Shown here: positions 59,059-64,000 of the stretch, one piece after another | How positions within the stretch are numbered: the first letter of the stretch is position 1 | Layout: every line of letters begins with the position of its first letter | DNA from: Ferruginibacter sp. | Lineage (GTDB): Bacteria > Bacteroidota > Bacteroidia > Chitinophagales > Chitinophagaceae | Length of the DNA: 64,000 nt | Direction: 5' to 3' | NCBI GenBank assembly: GCA_965247025.1 | Contig: OZ252000.1 | Location: 1,169,458 to 1,233,457 of the forward strand | Notes under the pieces: model-generated | The model's database searches: none | Seen by the model: only the letters and a program-made list of their open reading frames with translations | Told to the model about the DNA's origin: nothing | Translations under genes and position numbers: made by a program

Positions 59059-59656
59059 GTTTTTTGTCTGTCGCATAAATTCCGATTGATATTTCTGCAT
59101 AGTTGTAAGTTTTCAAAGTCAATGCGTTAATTGTTGGAAAGTCTGCAACAGTAGTATAATTTTTATTAGTCAATACGTCTTGATAGCAATAAAATAATGC
59201 TAAAATATTAGCACTCTGTAAAACATTTTTTGTCAAATTTTGTAAGTCTCCGTCTGTAAAGTGATATGGGTCTAATAGCACAATATCAAATATCCGTTTA
59301 TTAAAATCAAAACTGTTTGCGTTTTTAATAAAAAAGTTGTCTTTAAAATTTGGATGAATTTCATCTATTGCTTGCTTTATCGAATTCTCTTGAAAGTCAA
59401 TACCAAAAGGGGTTACTTTAAAATTGCAATGGTTAATTAAATGGTTTAGTAGTAAGCCGTTTCCACAGCATATATCTAAAATTTTGCATTTACTTAAAGT
59501 GATATGGTCATTGAGTAGGTCAGAAAAATAATTATATTCTTTAAATGGATATTTGTCAAAACCATTTGGAATATTCAAGTCGTTATGGTTTGTATTCCAA
59601 TACTTTGATTTGTAAAAATCATATTGGCTTTTGTAGAATACTTCGCTTTTGTTCAT
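59015..59656 (-). CDS. class I SAM-dependent methyltransferase (RiPP cassette)
   Basis: 213 aa with motif I ILDICCGNG. It overlaps the radical SAM gene by 38 nt, and its last 14 codons run into the attC-like site. Confidence 0.75.
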   Translation of the reverse strand: MNKSEVFYKSQYDFYKSKYWNTNHNDLNIPNGFDKYPFKEYNYFSDLLNDHITLSKCKILDICCGNGLLLNHLINHCNFKVTPFGIDFQENSIKQAIDEIHPNFKDNFFIKNANSFDFNKRIFDIVLLDPYHFTDGDLQNLTKNVLQSANILALFYCYQDVLTNKNYTTVADFPTINALTLKTYNYAEISIGIYATDKKRHTTRGFVQVGQTE

Positions 59657-60782
59657 ATTGTTTCAAATTCTTTGCTACACAATTGTCAATATACGAAATA
59701 ATTTTTTTGAGGTCAGCACAATATACACTTGGGTTGTCAAATTTGTTTTCTGTAGAATATCTATTTGGTAAATATCCACCACCACAAATATTAACTATCG
59801 AACATTCTTTACAAGTCTGGCATAAAACATCAATTCCTAATTGTCGTGATACAACTTGTGTGTGTTGTGCTACTTCATTAAAAGTATTGTCAAAAACATT
59901 ATGATTTATTTTTGTTGCTCCATTAAATGAACTTTTTAACGTATCGAGGATTTCAATATCTCCGTTTGCTTCAATAAAAATAAAATCAATTGGGCTTGTT
60001 CCAATACTTTCAACGTTTGAGTTTCCACCAATAAGAAGTTTAACTATGTTTTCTAAAACTCTAATCTTTGTATCGGTTTCTTTATAAAACCAATTGTCAA
60101 ATATTGTGTTTATCCATTCTGCAATTTTTGTGGTTTGCAAGTCTTTATCTTTTCCATTTGGTCTTCTATCAAAGTTGTCGTCGGGAAAGAGCAAATCTAT
60201 CATTGGTGGGTTAAATGACATAAAGTAATCAAGAACTTCCACTGGATTAGAGTCGACATTTATAACTCCGAGTATGCCACGAAAAATAGATTTGTATTTC
60301 TCTGATGTTAAAAGCTCAAGTTTTTTTTCTAGTCGTTCTGAACTTCCTTTGCCATTATGGTCTACACGGTGTAAATCATTTATTTTCGGAGGTCCGTCTA
60401 TGCTAACTCCAATACTACCATTATATTTCAGAAAAAAGTCGCCAATTTCTTCAGTAAATAATAATCCATTTGTTTGAATTCCTAAATCTACTTTTATATT
60501 GTTGTCTATAAGTTCTGTTTGAATTACTTCTCCTAATCTATGCAATTTCTTTGCTCCAATTAATAATGGTTCTCCACCGTGAAAAGCTATAGAGATATGA
60601 TTTTTTGAGTGGAATTGGCAATGTTCTCTAATCTTTTGACAAGCAACTCGAAATGTTTTTTCCGAGATAAATTTTGGTTGGTCTTGCCAAGAGTTGTCTT
60701 CAAGATTATAAACGTAACAATAGGAACAATTTAGATTACATCTACTTGCTATTTTGAAAATGTATGAATGGAATGGTATCAT
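59619..60782 (-). CDS. radical SAM/SPASM peptide maturase, FxsB-like (cyclophane-forming family)
   Basis: - CX3CX2C cluster: KIASRCNLNCSYCYVY.
- FHGGEPLL, GIQTNG, SIDGPPKINDLHR and LLFPDDNFDRRP.
- C-terminal SPASM: CQTCKECSIVNICGGGYLPNRY...FDNPSVYCADL.
- The ATG at 60782 is preferred over the TTG at 60788. Confidence 0.8.
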   Translation of the reverse strand: MIPFHSYIFKIASRCNLNCSYCYVYNLEDNSWQDQPKFISEKTFRVACQKIREHCQFHSKNHISIAFHGGEPLLIGAKKLHRLGEVIQTELIDNNIKVDLGIQTNGLLFTEEIGDFFLKYNGSIGVSIDGPPKINDLHRVDHNGKGSSERLEKKLELLTSEKYKSIFRGILGVINVDSNPVEVLDYFMSFNPPMIDLLFPDDNFDRRPNGKDKDLQTTKIAEWINTIFDNWFYKETDTKIRVLENIVKLLIGGNSNVESIGTSPIDFIFIEANGDIEILDTLKSSFNGATKINHNVFDNTFNEVAQHTQVVSRQLGIDVLCQTCKECSIVNICGGGYLPNRYSTENKFDNPSVYCADLKKIISYIDNCVAKNLKQYEQKRSILQKPI

Positions 60783-60798
60783 CGTCAAGTATTTTTTG

Positions 60799-60841
60799 AA
60801 AAAAAAATAGCAGGCTCTTTCGTATCTAATTGAGCCTGCTA
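60799..60841 (-). terminator. hairpin plus T-run between the precursor ORF and the maturase (attenuator-like)
   Basis: The minus strand reads TAGCAGGCTC-AATTAGATACGAAA-GAGCCTGCTA followed by TTTTTTTTT, beginning 5 nt after the precursor stop. Confidence 0.55.
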
Positions 60842-60845
60842 TAAA

Positions 60846-61034
60846 CTAAGAACGAGAATGACCGCCACCACTATTGTGGTTTTGGTGTGACATACTTTGC
60901 TTTTCATTGTTGTTAACAGCCGTAGCTATTTTTTTCAACATTGCATTTTGCAAAGTATTAATTCTCTCTGTTGACATAGATTTTACATTTAATCCTGTCA
61001 ACATTGGCTGTGTCGAACTAATGTTCTGTACCAT
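60846..61034 (-). CDS. candidate RiPP precursor peptide with a His-rich C-terminal core
   Basis: MVQNISSTQPMLTGLNVKSMSTERINTLQNAMLKKIATAVNNNEKQSMSHQNHNSGGGHSRS*. It has a helical leader-like N-terminus and a core with three His-x-x triplets (HQN, HNS, HSR). It lies directly upstream of the maturase. The start could be M1, M11 or M20. Confidence 0.55.
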   Translation of the reverse strand: MVQNISSTQPMLTGLNVKSMSTERINTLQNAMLKKIATAVNNNEKQSMSHQNHNSGGGHSRS

Positions 61035-61150
61035 CTGGAATTAATTTAAGCATAATGTCTACTCTATTCACTTTTCGACTTCCGTGCCTTACTCTTTTTT
61101 CGATTTTCAGGTATCTCGATTTGTCTATGCGTTGAGGGGTTCGCTAAAAT

Positions 61151-61356
61151 GGCATACAACGTTTGAGTACTTACGAAGGCTGGGAATTGTTGCTGGTCTA
61201 GCCCCGGCCGACTGAAGCTAAATTAATGATAAATGTTGATTGTTACCACGTCCGATGACCAGATTTCCGTCCGCTGGAACCGCTGCTGAATAAAGTACAA
61301 AAGTTGCGACACGGCTTCCGTCCCGCCCAGCTTTTGGAAGTACTTTTGTTATGTGC
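61151..61356 (-). other. long attC-like site of the methyltransferase cassette (~206 bp)
   Basis: The minus strand reads GCACATAAC-AAAAGTACTTCCAAAAGCTGGGCGG ... CCCAGCCTTCGTAAGTACTCAAAC-GTTGTATGCC. It has imperfect inverted arms of ~25 nt. Confidence 0.6.
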
Positions 61357-61372
61357 TGCCCTTGTTTGGCTA

Positions 61373-61990
61373 TCATTTAAGGTGTCTTTTGAAGCTACAA
61401 AACAGGAAATTTTGTGTTGTGTCAAAAGGTGTTTTGTGGTCTTCTGTTATGCAACGTAATTTATCAAAACCGTTTTGAAGTTCTGTTGATAATTTTTCTT
61501 CACTATATTGTTTAATTTGTAATCCACTACATTTTTCTGGTCCATTGTCCGAAAAAGTTCCAATAGTCAAAAATCCTCTTACAGAATTTCTTGCTGTGTT
61601 CATATACTTTGCAATTTGTTCACTTGTTGTTAAAAAGTGAAAAGTTGCTCTATCGTGCCAAATGTCAAAAGTTGTTTCAGGCTGAAATTCTGTGATGTCG
61701 CTAACTACCCAATTTATTTTTTCAGCTTTGTTACCTAAACGTTGTTTTGCTTTTGCAAGTGCTTGTGCTGAAATGTCAAGTACTGTAATATTTTCAAAAC
61801 CTTCGTCAAGTAAATAGTCAACAAGTTTACTGTCACCACCGCCAATGTCTATGATTTTTGCGGACTTGGTCAAGCCGAAAGAATGTATAAATTCTAAAGA
61901 GGTTTTTGGTACTTCTTGTGTCCAACTTACTTGGTCTGGGTTTTTAGTTTTGTAAACTGTGTCCCAATGATTTTGTGTTGTCTTATCCAT
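61373..61990 (-). CDS. class I SAM-dependent methyltransferase
   Basis: 205 aa with motif I IIDIGGGDSKL and post-I VLDIS. Confidence 0.85.
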   Translation of the reverse strand: MDKTTQNHWDTVYKTKNPDQVSWTQEVPKTSLEFIHSFGLTKSAKIIDIGGGDSKLVDYLLDEGFENITVLDISAQALAKAKQRLGNKAEKINWVVSDITEFQPETTFDIWHDRATFHFLTTSEQIAKYMNTARNSVRGFLTIGTFSDNGPEKCSGLQIKQYSEEKLSTELQNGFDKLRCITEDHKTPFDTTQNFLFCSFKRHLK

Positions 61991-62239
61991 ACTACAAAGG
62001 TCTAAATGAAAAATTATTCAATGTGTGACAAATGTTACATTAGGGTTGCACATAACGAAAGGGCTTTGCGCAGGTGTAGCATTAGAATTCCTTCCGCCCG
62101 GAACTGCTGCTTGGCCTTTTGTTAAAGATAAATATTAAGAACTAAATGCTCAGCTTTTTTCGTCCGCCCGAACCACCGCCCGGCTATGTAAAACTGTTGA
62201 TTGCTGCAACGTCAAGCCACACTTGTGCAAAACCCCTTG

Positions 62240-62452
62240 TTATGCACTCGTGTTTAAAAAAGTGTCCGCTCGTTTGATGAAATATCTTTTTTGAAGACGT
62301 ATGAATTTAACGCCAAGCAAATAAACTTTTGAAATAAAAATTACCAAAAAAACTGTCCACCCATGAGCTGCAAAAGCAAACTTAAAAATGATGAAAAAAG
62401 ATTTACTGCTGAACAGTTCCGTCCGCCCGAGTATGAACCGCAAAGCGAACAT
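62240..62452 (-). CDS. 70-aa hydrophobic peptide, copy 1
   Basis: MFALRFILGRTELFSSKSFFIIFKFAFAAHGWTVFLVIFISKVYLLGVKFIRLQKRYFIKRADTFLNTSA, with two hydrophobic stretches. The ATG lies 3 nt after the core. Coding status is unproven. Confidence 0.4.
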   Translation of the reverse strand: MFALRFILGRTELFSSKSFFIIFKFAFAAHGWTVFLVIFISKVYLLGVKFIRLQKRYFIKRADTFLNTSA

Positions 62453-62645
62453 GGTGCATAACGAAAGGGCTTTGCGCAGGTGTAGCATTAGAATTCCTTC
62501 CGCCCGGAACTGCTGCTTGGCCTTTTGTTAAAGATAAATATTAAGAACTAAATGCTCAGCTTTTTTCGTCCGCCCGAACCACCGCCCGGCTATGTAAAAC
62601 TGTTGATTGCTGCAACGTCAAGCCACACTTGTGCAAAACCCCTTG

Positions 62646-62858
62646 TTATGCACTCGTGTTTAAAAAAGTGTCCGCTCGTTTGATGAAATATCTTTTTTGA
62701 AGACGTATGAATTTAACGCCAAGCAAATAAACTTTTGAAATAAAAATTACCAAAAAAACTGTCCACCCATGAGCTGCAAAAGCAAACTTAAAAATGATGA
62801 AAAAAGATTTACTGCTGAACAGTTCCGTCCGCCCGAGTATGAACCGCAAAGCGAACAT
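62646..62858 (-). CDS. 70-aa hydrophobic peptide, copy 2
   Basis: The translation is identical to copy 1. Confidence 0.4.
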   Translation of the reverse strand: MFALRFILGRTELFSSKSFFIIFKFAFAAHGWTVFLVIFISKVYLLGVKFIRLQKRYFIKRADTFLNTSA

Positions 62859-63053
62859 GGTGCATAACGAACAGGGCTTTGCGCAGGTGTGGCATTAGAA
62901 TTCCCGTCAGCCCGGAACTGCCGCTTGGCCATGTGTTAAAGATAAATATTAAGAACTAAATGCTCAGCTTTTTTCGTCCGCCCGAACCACCGCCCGGCTA
63001 TGTAAAACTGTTGATTGCTGCAACGTCAAGCCACACTTGTGCAAAACCCCTTG

Positions 63054-63266
63054 TTATGCACTCGTGTTTAAAAAAGTGTCCGCTCGTTTAATGAAATATC
63101 TTTTTTGAAGACGTATGAATTTAACGCCAAGCAAATAAACTTTTGAAATAAAAATCACCAAAAAAACTGTCCACCCATGAGCTGCAAAAGCAAACTTAAA
63201 AATGATGAAAAAAGATTTACTGCTGAACAGTTCCGTCCGCCCGAGTATGAACCGCAAAGCGAACAT
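63054..63266 (-). CDS. 70-aa hydrophobic peptide, copy 3
   Basis: The translation is identical to copy 1. The longer track ORF (to 63386) extends into repeat D. Confidence 0.4.
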   Translation of the reverse strand: MFALRFILGRTELFSSKSFFIIFKFAFAAHGWTVFLVIFISKVYLLGVKFIRLQKRYFIKRADTFLNTSA

Positions 63267-63269
63267 GGT

Positions 63270-63432
63270 GCATAACTCGTTAATTGCCGCAATTAGCGGC
63301 AGGTTAAAAATAAAGATTTGATTGATAATCAATAAGTTACAGGGGGTACTTTTTAGATTGTCGGTTGCGGCAATCTGCTCATACATAAATGTATTACTTT
63401 TTATGTAAACTCCCTCTACCTCACAAACAAGC
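63270..63432 (-). repeat. family-D ~165-bp element, full copy
   Basis: The minus strand reads GCTTGTTTGTGAGG...TACATAAAAAGTAATACATTTATGTA...GATTGCCGCAACC...TTTTTAAC-CTGCCGC-TAATT-GCGGCAATTAACGA-GTTATGC, ending exactly at the core that starts the third tandem cassette. Confidence 0.7.
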
Positions 63433-63745
63433 CTTCCTCCATTTTTCTCAACAGCCCCAATGTACTAATCGTTTCCAGCAAATGCCCAATCTGTTGCTCA
63501 TAAGCCGAATTAGCAGGTTTGGGTTTATCAAACTTAACAGGCCGCTCAAAAGTGTAAGCGGCTTCATGCACTTTGTCAGATGCCGGTCTGGGTTTTTCAA
63601 CCCCCGGCAATTCACACAATTTTGTAAAGAACAGCTGGTAGTTGGCCCATTCAGCTGCACCGGAGGCTTTCCAGCGGGTGATAAAATGTTTGGTATTTGC
63701 AACAATATTCTGGTCAGGCATCAATGTTAATGGGTTATCTGGCAA
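63416..63745 (-). pseudogene. N-terminal fragment of an MmeI/BREX-PglX-type DNA methyltransferase
   Basis: FITRWKASGAAEWANYQLFFTKLCELPGVEKP...AYTFERPV is the usual N-terminus of these large enzymes. The similarity stops after ~75 aa and the frame runs into repeat D. Confidence 0.45.
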
Positions 63746-63971
63746 TATACTGCATTGACAAATACTCTGTTAATGCATGCATCAAATATATTGGAACCGG
63801 GCTTTTCTTTTTAGGGTTAAAACACCCATTTTTTAAGGGTGTTTTTAACGGCATACCGTCTTAAATAGATGTTCACCCGGTTGTAATGAAGGGCTAATTA
63901 CCTGTTTACACAATTTACTTTACACTTTCCTCCTCTCCGATCGTACCAGGCTTCATTACTGATCATACTTA

Positions 63972-63996
63972 GCCTCTATACCGATCGTATAGAGGC
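63972..63996. other. perfect 10-bp-stem hairpin at the window edge
   Basis: GCCTCTATAC-CGATC-GTATAGAGGC. A related CCGATCGTA motif lies 40 nt upstream. Confidence 0.4.
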
Positions 63997-64000
63997 CGCA

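Larger units (their letters stand above)
62051..63276 (-). repeat. three tandem copies of a 406-408-bp cassette-like unit
   Basis: The CATAAC cores lie at 62051, 62457, 62863 and 63271. Each unit is a ~197-bp attC-like site plus a 70-aa ORF. The attC-like sites are 62051-62247, 62457-62653 and 62863-63061, each reading GTGCATAAC-AAGGGGTTTTGCACAAGTGTGGC...GCTACACCTGCGCAAAGCCCTTTC-GTTATGC on the minus strand. Confidence 0.85.

Noticed and set aside
62240-63386. Longer versions of the small cassette ORF (82 aa at 62240-62488 and 110 aa at 63054-63386).
   Set aside because: The extensions read through the core into the neighbouring site or into repeat D, and they differ between copies. Only the 70-aa part is common to all three.

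Overview
This window looks like a Bacteroidota chromosome, probably Chitinophagia-like. Supporting signs are a T9SS type-B C-terminal domain, ELWxxDGT-repeat proteins, a TAnnTTTG -7 box and the absence of Shine-Dalgarno signals. All calls come from reading the ORF translations and the DNA by eye; no database search was run.

Layout:
- (1) 1-19.8 kb: the 5' part of katG runs off the left edge and is missing from the ORF track. It is followed by stress genes and large secreted-protein genes: an ELWxxDGT protein, a TM-patatin, Hsp20, NIPSNAP, an XRE regulator and a 1267-aa LamG-lipase-DUF1566 protein. Two related families of ~135-150 bp structured intergenic repeats are interspersed.
- (2) 19.9-29.1 kb: a tightly packed type I R-M operon, hsdM-hsdS-X-hsdR. 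X is a 1079-aa SF2 helicase with a large uncharacterised C-terminal half, in the position PrrC occupies in the E. coli prr locus.
- (3) 29.9-31.3 kb: a decayed 21-bp periodic array and a frameshifted gene.
- (4) 31.4-36.1 kb: a T9SS type-B adhesin gene bracketed by direct copies of another repeat.
- (5) 36-48 kb: ordinary chromosomal modules. These are a chromate module (ChrB-domain/AraC regulator, chrA, Tat-SOD), small stress proteins, and a persulfide/sulfite cluster (Crp/Fnr, TauE, MBL-rhodanese, two YeeE/YedE).
- (6) 48.7-64 kb: the most unusual part, a minus-strand array of short unrelated genes separated by structured repeats. At least four units show the linear-cassette signature of integrons: a GTTRRRY-type core at the unit start and its exact reverse complement opening an imperfect-palindrome site after the last ORF. 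No integrase is visible in the window.

The array contains a triplicated 406-408 bp cassette, a PIN toxin pair, methyltransferases, and an IS1182-family element inserted inside one recombination site. It also holds a three-gene RiPP-like cassette: a His-rich precursor, an FxsB-like radical SAM/SPASM maturase and a methyltransferase.

The two best candidates for undescribed biology are the RiPP cassette and the R-M-embedded helicase.
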